From Myxococcales bacterium (lineage in GTDB: Bacteria; Myxococcota_A; UBA9042): a DNA stretch of 64,000 nucleotides. The notes beneath the pieces were generated by a model. That model did not search any database. It saw nothing but the letters and a program-made list of their open reading frames with translations, and had not been told where the DNA came from. The stretch is taken from NCBI GenBank assembly GCA_037441385.1, contig JBBISH010000001.1, positions 113,546 to 177,545 of the forward strand, written 5' to 3'. Shown here piece after piece: positions 1-11,900 of this stretch; the stretch's first letter is position 1; each line of letters begins with the position of its first letter. The position numbers were made by a program, and so were the translations under genes.

Positions 1-462
1 GCAATTCCGAAGCTGGGTTGCCAGTTTGGTCGGCCGCCGCGCAGGGCCGGAGTCAGTGTTCCGGACGAAGACTAGACCACCGCCGACCCGCGACCGCGGC
101 AGCTGTTTTCGCAACGGCTGCGACAGGTACGGACGAGGGGCGTGGCCGTTTGGGGATCCGACTGGGTTATCGAGAAGATGACCGACAAAGGCGAGCCCTC
201 ATCAGGGGTTACGATTCCCACATTCGGCGTTTACATTCCCACAGCGGGATATGCATGGCGCAGCCAGCGGGATGTGCACGGCGCAGCGGGGTCCACTCGA
301 CGCCGCACGCAGGGCGTTGCTTGCGCGACCGCGGGGCGACTCCGCTGCCGGCGGGCGGATTGTACGCGAAATGTCGCCGCGAGTCACGGGGCTGTCATGC
401 ACTTTTTCGCGTGCCCTTTTTCGCTGCTCAGCAAGGTGGGATCTGGACCGGTGCAGCGGGCC

Positions 463-1431
463 TCAGCGACGGGCCAGGTCGAAGGTCATGGCGGTAAACA
501 AGACGTGCAAGTAGGCGAGCGAAGCGAAGAACGCCCGCTTGGCCATCGCCTCGGTGCCGACGCGGTAGAGCTGGATGCACTTCCAGACAAACCAAGCCGT
601 GGCCGCCAGAGCAAAAAGCCCGTAGCCGATCGATAGGTTGCTCGTCAGCGTTGGCAGGATAGCGAACGGCGCAATGCTGATCGCGTACTGCACGATGCGC
701 AACCGGGTCAGCTTGTCGCCGTGCGTCAGCGGGAGCATCGGTAGGTGCGCATTGGCGTAATCCTGCTTGCGGAACAAGGAAATCGCCCAGAAATGCGGGG
801 GCGTCCACAAGAAAACGATCACGAAGAGCGTCAGACTCATCAGGCCGATGCGGCCGTGTAGGGCGGCGTCGACGATCAGCGGCGGCGCGGCGCCGGCGGC
901 CCCACCAATGACAATATTCAGCGGTGTCGTGGGTTTGAGCCACATCGTGTAGATCACGACGTAGAACGCGATGGTCAGCGCCCCGGCCAGGGCGCCCTGC
1001 CAGCCCCCCGAGGCGGCGAGCACGGCCACGCCCGCCACGGTCAAGAACCACGCCCAGATCCAGGCCCATCCCGGCGGCACCAAGCCCGTGGGCAACGGCC
1101 GGTTGCGGGTCCGCTCCATTTTGGCGTCGATGTCGCGCTCCAGCCAGGCGTTGAACACCGAGCTGGCGGCCGCGCAGAGGGCAATGCCGGCCAAAATCGC
1201 AGTGCTGCGGGTCCAGCTTGGCCAAGCGCCGTCATCGATCGCCAAGGCAGGCAAACCGGTAAAGAATACCAGGCCGACCACGGATGGGCGGGTCATGGCA
1301 AGCAGGCCGCCCAGGCGCGAGCGACTACCGCGGGCCGATGGAGTGCCGCGCTCGGCCTCGCGAGTCGGCTCGCCGGCTGGGAGTTCCGCTAGCTGCGCGC
1401 CGGAATCCGCCGCATTGTCCACAGGGATCAT
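463..1431 (-). CDS. cyoE: Protoheme IX farnesyltransferase (heme o synthase)
   Basis: UbiA-family motifs NAWLERDIDAKMERTRNRPLP, YTMWLKP, GGAAGAAPPL, FLWTPPHFWA; ATG at 1431 overlaps the upstream TGA (ATGA). Confidence 0.93.
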   Translation of the reverse strand: MIPVDNAADSGAQLAELPAGEPTREAERGTPSARGSRSRLGGLLAMTRPSVVGLVFFTGLPALAIDDGAWPSWTRSTAILAGIALCAAASSVFNAWLERDIDAKMERTRNRPLPTGLVPPGWAWIWAWFLTVAGVAVLAASGGWQGALAGALTIAFYVVIYTMWLKPTTPLNIVIGGAAGAAPPLIVDAALHGRIGLMSLTLFVIVFLWTPPHFWAISLFRKQDYANAHLPMLPLTHGDKLTRLRIVQYAISIAPFAILPTLTSNLSIGYGLFALAATAWFVWKCIQLYRVGTEAMAKRAFFASLAYLHVLFTAMTFDLARR

Positions 1432-1889
1432 TCCCACCAACGCTCGTCGGCTTCTTCCGCGTCTTCGTCGGGCTCGGCGTCCACGTCGTCGATGTCCAGG
1501 TCGTCGTCGTCTAGGTCATCGCTGCGCTTGCTGCGAGTTTCGTCGTCTTCGTCTTTGTCCAGGCCGACTTCGGCTTCTTCTTCTTCTTCTTCGTCGTCGA
1601 CCGAATAGTCGTCGTCGTCGAAGTTCAGCTCGCGCTCGACCTCTTCCTCGTCGTCGTCTTCGTCTTCGTCGTCGTCGTCGTACGACTCGTCGTCCTCGTC
1701 GTCGTCGTCGTCGTCTTCAAAGTCCTCGTCGTCTTCGAAGTCCTCGTCCTCGTCGTCCCAATCGTCGTATCCAGCCCACAGCGGCACGGCCGGTCCAGGA
1801 GCGGGGGCAGCCACTTCCTGCTGCGGGAGCAGCCAGGCAGAGGCGTTGACCGCAAACGGGCTCATCGAGGTGTCCTGGGTGATCGACAT
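1428..1889 (-). CDS. Highly acidic Asp/Glu-rich low-complexity protein
   Basis: AAGGAG RBS 5 nt before ATG 1889; long D/E tracts; stop overlaps cyoE start. Confidence 0.7.
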   Translation of the reverse strand: MSITQDTSMSPFAVNASAWLLPQQEVAAPAPGPAVPLWAGYDDWDDEDEDFEDDEDFEDDDDDDEDDESYDDDDEDEDDDEEEVERELNFDDDDYSVDDEEEEEEAEVGLDKDEDDETRSKRSDDLDDDDLDIDDVDAEPDEDAEEADERWWE

Positions 1890-2253
1890 GGCAACTCCTT
1901 GGTGCTCGTGCGAGGCCGTCTGCTCGCAGGGCCGCTTGTGCCGATTTTTCGACGCGGTGGCAAGGGGGGGTGCCGGCCACCGAGGGGCGATGCGCTGCAA
2001 CGTGCTGGGACATACTAGTCGTCTTGACGACTTAGGCAAGGTGCCGCCGCGATCGCCACCGGCATTTTCGCGTCAGTCCCAGAGCCACGGCGCGGGCGTG
2101 ATCGGGCAAGCAACGATGCCGCCGACCGTTTTTGCGCCTCGGCAGCCCAAGCGAACTTGGTGTACACTGCCGCCAGCGCCGCACGATCGGCCGCGGAATC
2201 GGCCGCCCGATCCCGGCAGGCCGACATTCCGCCCCGCCCGGCAGAGGTAGCAG

Positions 2254-3336
2254 ATGATCCACAAGCAAGCGCAACCAAATGGGAATTTCAAGACCGATCT
2301 GGCGGCCCTGCGGCGTGTGCGCCTGAGCGAAGGTCGGGCTCCGCTGCTCGGCGCCGCGCTGGACGGGCTGTTCGATCTGCTGCGATCCGTCGATCTCGAC
2401 CCGCGCCACGCGCTGGGCGCACGCAGTCCGGCCAGCATGCTCGAACGGTTGGCCACGGTGGGCGACTGGCTGGACCACACGCCGCTCGACGTGGCCACGG
2501 TCGAGCAAGTGGCGAATCAATGCGGTTGGCAAGGCGTGGTCGGCACCCCGGCCGCGGGTGCGGATTGGGTCGATCGCTGGCTGACCCCCGAATTGCTGTT
2601 GGCGGTGGCCCAGTTTCCCCATGCGCAGCGCAGTCATAGTGGCGAGCGCGGGCCGTGGCTGCAGGCGGTGGCGGCCCTGACGGCGGTCGACGCCTATCGG
2701 CCACTGTTGGATGCTTCGCTGACGCCGGAAGAGCTTGAAGAGACGCCAGGTTGCCATCTGCGTCCGGCCTTGGGCCGGCTGCTGCCGGCGGCGCGCTTCA
2801 TGTCGGCCACGCTGGGCCTGGACGCGGTACTGGCGGCCGCCACGGGTGCAGCCCCCTTCGACGACGCGCTGGGAATGCTGCAGGCCGATGAGATCGAAGC
2901 TCTTTTGCTGGGCAATCACGCTCCAAGCGCGGCAAGGGCGCCACAGCCATTTGGCGAACAAGATGCGGCATGGCTCGAAGACGCGCTGCTGGCGATGCTC
3001 TTCCGGCGGTCGCTCGCCAGCGGCGTGCCGCAGGCCCAGGCGTGGCTGCCTCCGGGCAGCGGACTGCGCTTCGACATGGCGCGCGCACAGTTGCGGACCA
3101 TGGCGCCGGTGCCGCTGGATCACGCCGGCTTCGCCGACGCCGCGATCGGTCATCTGCCCTTGCCCGCGGGCGCCTGTGCCGCTCTGCAGCAGCGCGGCCT
3201 GCAAGCGTTGGACGTGCACCTGGAGCACCTGGAAGCGCTGGACGACTTGTTCGATGTGATCTTTGAAATCTACGACGGCGAAGCCGACGAGGCGGTCCTG
3301 GAAGGCGATGGGTTCCACGTCGAGTTCGTCAAATAG
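2254..3336 (+). CDS. Hypothetical protein (360 aa)
   Basis: GAGG RBS upstream, GC3-biased codons, no recognised motif. Confidence 0.7.
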   Translation: MIHKQAQPNGNFKTDLAALRRVRLSEGRAPLLGAALDGLFDLLRSVDLDPRHALGARSPASMLERLATVGDWLDHTPLDVATVEQVANQCGWQGVVGTPAAGADWVDRWLTPELLLAVAQFPHAQRSHSGERGPWLQAVAALTAVDAYRPLLDASLTPEELEETPGCHLRPALGRLLPAARFMSATLGLDAVLAAATGAAPFDDALGMLQADEIEALLLGNHAPSAARAPQPFGEQDAAWLEDALLAMLFRRSLASGVPQAQAWLPPGSGLRFDMARAQLRTMAPVPLDHAGFADAAIGHLPLPAGACAALQQRGLQALDVHLEHLEALDDLFDVIFEIYDGEADEAVLEGDGFHVEFVK

Positions 3337-3385
3337 TACGTAACAGTAGTACGTAACAGTAGTACCTAACAGTAGTACGTAACAA
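3334..3385. repeat. 13-bp tandem repeat x4 (TAGTACGTAACAG)
   Basis: Four copies seen directly, two with one substitution; AT-rich, between convergent genes. Confidence 0.95.
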
Positions 3386-3407
3386 TCGAACCAGTATCGC
3401 GCTAGAA

Positions 3408-5471
3408 CTACTGAGTAATCTCGAACCTAGCGGTGTCCGTGCCCCACTGCTTTTCGGGCGCGTAGCCAAAGGGCTCGCCGCGGGTCTTGCTGAACACCTC
3501 GCCCATCAGGCGCTCTAGGGGCGAACCGCCGCGAGCGGCCCCGCGCGTGACTTTGAATTCCAGGGCGCGGAAGTCGATGTCGTCTTCGCTGGCGATGACC
3601 TTGAGGATCTCGGGGCCAGCCGGCGGCGTCATCCGGTACGGGAATGGAATCGCCCGCTTCTCGCCTGGTTTCAGCATATTGTCCCCAGGAACGTTAGGTA
3701 GCGGATAGAGGATGCTGATCGACCCATCGGCGCTGAGCTCGACGACGCTGAAGAAACACGGCTTGGTCCCTTTGTTTTCCACGAACAACTGCACGATATC
3801 GTTGGCCTTGACCTTGCCGGTGCCGTCCTTGGCCACCATGCCATGATCCGCCGTGATCTTGGGCCGTTTACCACCCGTTGGGAGCGTCTCGACCACCGCG
3901 TCGACCCGGTGCACGGTCAGATCGACCTCGAGCCGGGTCCCCACGTCGTTGTTTTCTAGCGCCATCACGCGCATCTTGCGGAATTGCGCCTCGATCGCCT
4001 GGCTGACGCGCAGATCGCGCTGCGGATCGTCCATCGCCACCGCGCCGGCCATCGGCTGGTTCTTGCCGCGCGGAATCGGCAGCGCCGTGCCATCGGCCCG
4101 CTGGATGCGCAAACCGCCGGATTCGACGTCCTTGGTCAGCAGCAGATCCCACTGCGGCAGCGCCGCGCTGGCAGCCTTGGCGGGCATCACCTCGACAAAA
4201 GGCAGCTTCTCGACCGTGGCCTGCAGCACGCTGGCCTCGGCGTCGAACGCCACCCGCACGCGCGCGGCTTGAACTTTGGTCAGGACTTCTTGGGCTTGCG
4301 ACCCCTTGTCGAACAGCTTGGCATCCAGCCGCTCGCCGTCTTTGACCGGCACGCCGTAGCTCATGCCCAGTTCGACCCGCACGATCTTGACCCGTGCCAG
4401 CGGCTTGTCGCCGCCGATCGCCCGCACTTCCAGCTCGCTCCCCGGGACCAGGCCGTGCAACGACCCAGCCTCGATCGGCAGCTCGCCGTCGCCGTTGATG
4501 GGACGTACGCGGTAGAACTTGCTGGGCGCAGACCACTCGCCCGAGAAGAGGCGCTTGTCGGCATCGCCCTCGATCTGCGGGTTTTGGTCGCTCACGCGCA
4601 CCACGATCTGTGCGCCAATGCGCTCGATCAGGTCGCGGTAAGTGGTACGCGGGCCGGCATCGTGCAGGGCCTGCACCAGCATCAGCGAGTAGGCGCCCAT
4701 CGGCGCGCCCGACACCGGATCGCGGTCCTCATTCGCTTCTTGATCGGCGCGCACGGCCGAGATGAACACGTACCCTGCCCCTTTGGCGTCGCCCGCCGGG
4801 ACCCAGGCGCCGGCCCCGTCCGCCTCGTTGCCGCGACGCTCGGCCGGCGGATGCATGGGCCGGCTGCCGCGGGTGCGCATCTTGCGGGGATCGCCAGGCG
4901 CGCCGCGGGTCGCCGTGCCGGAGTGACACGAATCCAGCGAAATCACGATGTTGTCGGTCTTCTTGGCCGCCTGGGCGATCAGGCCACCCAGTTCGTCGTC
5001 GCGGATGTGGTTGGCGTAGTTCTTGATGCCCAAATTGTCAAAGGGTACCAGCGCTTCGTCGTAGCCGTCGGCTTCGTCCGGGGTACCGTTGTCGTCGGGA
5101 ATCTGCTGGCCGTGGCCCGAATAGTGGAAGAACAGCACGGCGTCTTTGTCGGCCTTGTCGACCAGCTGCTTTTGAAAGGCCTCGACGATGGCCTTGTGCG
5201 TCGCCTGCTCGTCGACCAGCGTCAGCACGTCGAAGCCGCGCCGCTCCAATTCCGCTTTGATCAAGGTCACATCGTTGCGGCTGCCGTCCAGTTGCGACCA
5301 TTGTTCGTGGGCCGGCACGGCGGGCGTGTAGCGCAGTCCGTAGTGCTCGATGCCCACCAACAGCGCCAGCTTCTTGGGCCCTTCGGCGGCCTGCGCCGCG
5401 CGGATGGACGTGGGCGGCACAACCACCGCGGTGGCCAACAAAATCCCCAGAATCCACTTGCCAACCTTCAT
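3408..5471 (-). CDS. Secreted caspase-family (peptidase C14) protein with C-terminal DUF4384-like domain
   Basis: Signal peptide MKVGKWILGILLATAVVV; KKLALLVGI, HYSGHG and LDSCHSG catalytic dyad; C-terminal ADGSISILYP...GPEILKVIAS. Confidence 0.88.
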   Translation of the reverse strand: MKVGKWILGILLATAVVVPPTSIRAAQAAEGPKKLALLVGIEHYGLRYTPAVPAHEQWSQLDGSRNDVTLIKAELERRGFDVLTLVDEQATHKAIVEAFQKQLVDKADKDAVLFFHYSGHGQQIPDDNGTPDEADGYDEALVPFDNLGIKNYANHIRDDELGGLIAQAAKKTDNIVISLDSCHSGTATRGAPGDPRKMRTRGSRPMHPPAERRGNEADGAGAWVPAGDAKGAGYVFISAVRADQEANEDRDPVSGAPMGAYSLMLVQALHDAGPRTTYRDLIERIGAQIVVRVSDQNPQIEGDADKRLFSGEWSAPSKFYRVRPINGDGELPIEAGSLHGLVPGSELEVRAIGGDKPLARVKIVRVELGMSYGVPVKDGERLDAKLFDKGSQAQEVLTKVQAARVRVAFDAEASVLQATVEKLPFVEVMPAKAASAALPQWDLLLTKDVESGGLRIQRADGTALPIPRGKNQPMAGAVAMDDPQRDLRVSQAIEAQFRKMRVMALENNDVGTRLEVDLTVHRVDAVVETLPTGGKRPKITADHGMVAKDGTGKVKANDIVQLFVENKGTKPCFFSVVELSADGSISILYPLPNVPGDNMLKPGEKRAIPFPYRMTPPAGPEILKVIASEDDIDFRALEFKVTRGAARGGSPLERLMGEVFSKTRGEPFGYAPEKQWGTDTARFEITQ

Positions 5472-5909
5472 CGTCATCCTCGTCTTTGGCCCGGGCCCCG
5501 TTGCGTTGCTGGCGGGCAGGCGTTGGACGCGCTGACCCGGCTGCGGGATCTGCCGCCGTGCCGTGCTGCCGTGGTGCGGCCTTGGTTGGATGGTGCGCAC
5601 AACTGGGCGCGCCGGCAAGTCCAGTTGCTGCAGATCCAGTCCTTGACAGGCGGACACCCCATCCTAGCTTGCGTTCGCCGTGGCCGGTGGTGGCCGGCGG
5701 CATCGCAGACGGTCTGCTGCATTCTTGCATAAGTTCAGCACGTTGCGCCAACGCAGCGCCCGACCGCCAAGCACTGCGACACATCTCTCTAGGGTTCCGC
5801 GTCGGTCCCCAGGGTCGGTCCCCAGGGCGACGCGCAGGGCAAAACCGGGCAAGCGGCCCACACCAGCCGGGCACTGTCGCGTAGCAGAGTCCCGAAACAG
5901 AGGAAGGAT

Positions 5910-7908
<1,999 letters not shown>

Positions 7909-7928
7909 CTCTGTCCGCGACAGGTAGA

Positions 7929-7978
7929 CCGGTGGGCACGTCGGAGCAAGCAAGCCGGCGTGCCCATTGGCATTTTTG
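7929..7978 (+). terminator. Rho-independent terminator after groEL
   Basis: Stem CCGGTGGGCACGTCGG / CCGGCGTGCCCATTGG followed by CATTTTTG. Confidence 0.75.
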
Positions 7979-7993
7979 CACGAGGATGGCGAC

Positions 7994-8386
7994 ATGAACC
8001 CGCCCAAACCGATCGAATTGTTCGCCTTTTACCACCTGGGCCTGGACTCGGACGGCAGCTACAAGTTTCGCAACCTGAGCGACTGCGCCCGCCGCTGGAA
8101 GGTGGATACCGCCACGGTGCAGCGGTGGCTGCAGGATGCCCACATCGATCCGGCCACGGTGAAGTCGGTGCCCTTCAACTTGACCCGCTACCACGTGGAC
8201 GCCCAGTTCGTCCGCGCCGAGCAGCAAGAGCAGTTGATCCGCGACGCGTGGCAGGGCTATATGGCGGAACTCAAGCGGTCGCTGCGCAACGGCCGCGGGG
8301 GAGCGCCCGACTTCCACTTCGACATCGATTACGAAGACGTATGGGAAGACGGCGCGCGGCGCGCCCAGGCCGACGACGACGAGTAG
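7994..8386 (+). CDS. Hypothetical protein with possible helix-turn-helix
   Basis: NLSDCARRWKVDTATVQRWL resembles an HTH; GAGG RBS. Confidence 0.7.
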   Translation: MNPPKPIELFAFYHLGLDSDGSYKFRNLSDCARRWKVDTATVQRWLQDAHIDPATVKSVPFNLTRYHVDAQFVRAEQQEQLIRDAWQGYMAELKRSLRNGRGGAPDFHFDIDYEDVWEDGARRAQADDDE

Positions 8387-8429
8387 CGGCAACCCGGCGC
8401 AGGTCCTACAGCTTGGTCAGGGGGACGGC

Positions 8430-8855
8430 ATGGCAAAGACGGGTGAGTTTCAAGCAGTGCAAACCATGGCCGCCCCGGCGGCAATCGGCCCATATAGCCA
8501 GGCCATCGCCGTGGATCAGCCCGGGCGCTGGGTGTTCCTGAGCGGCCAGGTGGCGCTGGATCCGGTGAGTGGGGTGCTGCTGGCCGGCGACGTGGCTGCC
8601 CAGACCGAGCGCGCCATGCTGAACCTGCAAGCGGTGTTGCGCGAAGCGGGCGGCGACCTGCGCGATTTGGTGAAGGTCGGAATTTTCTTGGCCGACATCA
8701 ACGACTTTGTGGTGGTGAACCAGGTCTATTCGCGCTTTGTGCAGCAGCCATACCCGGCGCGCGCCACAGTGCAAGTGGCCCGGCTGCCGCGCGACGCCGC
8801 TGTCGAGATCGACGGTATCGCCTGGATCGCGAGCACGCCGCGCCCGCTGCCGTAG
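8430..8855 (+). CDS. ridA: RidA/YjgF family enamine/imine deaminase
   Basis: APAAIGPYSQA, SGQVALDP, YPARATVQV, VEID. Confidence 0.92.
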   Translation: MAKTGEFQAVQTMAAPAAIGPYSQAIAVDQPGRWVFLSGQVALDPVSGVLLAGDVAAQTERAMLNLQAVLREAGGDLRDLVKVGIFLADINDFVVVNQVYSRFVQQPYPARATVQVARLPRDAAVEIDGIAWIASTPRPLP

Positions 8856-8945
8856 GCCAAAATCCTGTGACAATCCAAGCTTGAGCCCTGTCCTCTGACG
8901 CCGCACACTGTACGGGCGGGCAGCACTGTCCCGGGGCGGTCGAGC

Positions 8946-11900
8946 ATGCTGGGACACGGCGGGTGGGTTGCACGCCCCTTTGGTACAGGCGGGGCCAAAA
9001 TCCCAGCGCGCGGCGGCCGACTTGCACTGGCCTGGATGCTGTCCTGGACGCTGGCCTGGACAGGGCTGGTCTTTGGCGGCTGTGGCAGCGATCCCACGCC
9101 GACCTCGGCCGACCTCGCGGCCCAAGCCAGCGACATCACTTCGACGGACACCCCAGCCCCAGCCGACACCAGCGCCGCCGACGTCGCGCTGGCCGATGCC
9201 GCGTCGGTCGAGTGTCTGTCGGCCGCCGACTGCGCGGCCCCGGCCAACCCCTGCCTGGTGGCGCAGTGCAGTGCGGGCAAGTGCACAGAAGCACCTGCCG
9301 TTACTGGCGTTTGCGAAGACGGCGATCCTTGCACCGTCGCCGACCACTGCAGCAGCGGCCAATGCGTCCCAGGCCTGGACGTGTGCGCGTGCCATAGCGA
9401 CGCCGAGTGCCCCGACGACGGCAACGCCTGCAACGGCAAGCCGATTTGCGACACGGCGATCTTGCCCCACGTCTGCCGAGTGCCACTAGAAACCGTCCCC
9501 AATTGTTCCAGCGACGCGGACAGCGAGTGCAGCAAGAACGCCTGCAACTCAGAGACGGGCGCATGTGGCATGGCAGCCGTTGAACATACACTGCTGATGT
9601 GCTCGGCCAGCGGCTGCGTCCGCGTCATGACGACCGCGCTGATGGCCGCTGGAGTCTGCGACGACGGCAATCCGTGCACGGCCGGCGACGTGTGCAAAGG
9701 GGGCCAGTGCAAGGCGGGCCTGGATGTCTGCAACTGCAGCAGCGACGCGGACTGCCCAGACGATGGCAACTTGTGCAACGGCGTAGCCTATTGCGACAAA
9801 GCCAAGCTGCCGTGGTCCTGCCACCTCAAACCATTCAGCAAAGTGGTCTGCAGCACGGGCGGGGACTCGGCCTGCCTAAGAAACGTGTGCGATCCCACCA
9901 AAGGCGAGTGCTCGCTGCAGCCCAGCGAGAATTTGACCTGGACCTGCGCCGACGGCAACTGCGCCTGGGCCGTTTTGCCGCCCGGCAGCCCCACTTCCAG
10001 CGTAGCGTGTAGCGATGGAAACGCCTGCACCAGCGGCGATTTCTGCGCGAGCGGCGCGTGCAAGGCGGGCCAAGAAAGCTGCAGTTGCAGCAGCGACGCC
10101 GACTGCGCCGCCCAAGAAGACGGCGACGTCTGCAACGGCACACTGTTCTGCAACAAAGCGACCGGGGCCTGCCAGCTCAACCCCGCCACCGTCATCCAGT
10201 GCCCCACCGCCGACGACACGGCCTGCCAAAAGAACGTCTGCTACCCCAAAACGGGCGTCTGCCAGCCCGCGTCCGTAGAGAAAACCACCCAAGTTTGCGA
10301 CGGCAACGTGTGCACCTGGCACCTTTTGCCGCCGGGCAGCCCTTCGCCGGGCTCGGTTTGGTGCGACGACGGCAACCCCTGCACCCAAGGCGAGGCCTGC
10401 ATCGCCGGCCAATGCGCAGGCGGGACGAACACTTGCGCCTGCAAGAGCGACGCCGACTGCAAAGGTTTGGACGACGGCGATCTGTGCAACGGCGTCATGT
10501 ACTGCGACAAAGCCAAGCTGACCTGCGTGTTGAACCCGGCCAGCGTCAAGCCCTGCCCCACGGTGGGCGACACGGCCTGCCAAAAGAACGCCTGCCAACC
10601 CCTGACCGGCCTGTGCAGCGCCACACCCGTGGGCAAGGTCAAGCAAGCCTGCGTCGCCCTGCCCGACAGCAGCACCGTCTGCGTGATCGAGGTCAAGGCC
10701 GACGCCGAGACCCAGGGCATCGTCTGCGACGACGGCGATCCCTGCACGGCCGGCGAAGTCTGCGAGGCCGGCGCCTGCACGGGCGGCAAGAAGACCTGCA
10801 CCTGCAAGACCGACAGCGATTGCGCCGGGTTAGAAGACGGAGACGCCTGCAACGGCACGCTGTACTGCAACAAACAAACCGGCGACTGCGCCTGGAACCC
10901 GGCGACGGTGGTCAGCTGCCCCTCGGCCGCGGACACGGTCTGCCTCAAGAACGCCTGCGACCCCAGCAGCGGCCAATGCGTGGCCAAAGCCGTGGAGCTG
11001 ACCAAGAAAGTCTGCGATGTGCAAAGCGGTTGCCGGCTGGAGGTCAGCCTGGCCGGCAGCCCCACCAGCACCTGCGAAGACGGCGACCCGTGCACCAAGG
11101 GCGACGTATGCGGCGCGGGCCAATGCCAGTCCGGCGTTTTTGTCTGCGAATGCGCAAGCAGCGCCGATTGCGCCAAGAAGGACGACGGCAACCTGTGCAA
11201 CGGTGTGGCATTTTGCGACAAGAGTGTGGCAGGAAGTCCCACTTGTGCGGCCAACCCGGCCTCGGTCGTCGTGTGCCCGGCCACCGGCGAGCTCTGCGTG
11301 GGCAACACCTGCGACCCCGCCACCGGCAAGTGCGGCAAAGTGGCCGCCAACGAGAAGAAATCGTGTGACGACGGCACCTTGTGCACCACGGCCGACCAAT
11401 GCACTGGCGGCCAGTGTCTGGGCACGGCGATCGACTGCAACGACGCAAGTGCTTGTACCAACGACAGTTGCTCGCCGCAAACCGGCTGCGTCCATGTGGG
11501 CAGCAACTGCGACGACGGCAACGGCTGCACGGCCGACCTTTGCGACGCCAAATCGGGCTTGTGCGTGCACGACGCCACCAGCCTCACCGCCAAAGCGTGC
11601 AGCGACGGCGACCCTTGCACCCTGAGCGACTCCTGCCAGGCCGGCACTTGCACGTCGGGCGCACCCGTGATCTGCCCGGCCACCAGCAAGCCCTGCACGG
11701 TGCCGGTGTGTGTGGCCCAGCCTGGCGCGACCTACCAGTGCGTCACCGCGCTGGCCAAAGACGGCGCGGCCTGCGGAGATGGCAAAGCGTGCACGTTGGA
11801 CGCCACCTGCCAGGCGGGGACGTGCAAACCGGGCACGGTAGAGCGCTTGGGTTTTGCTCAGTTGGACGATCCCACGCTGGCCAACTTGCGCTGGACCACG

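Noticed and set aside
18..460. Plus-strand ORFs at the window start
   Set aside because: Arg/Ala-rich translations without motifs that run into cyoE; not supportable
5868..5894. CIRCE operator upstream of groES (GGGCACTG...AGAGTCCCG)
   Set aside because: Spacing and arms deviate too far from TTAGCACTC-N9-GAGTGCTAA; only a weak inverted repeat
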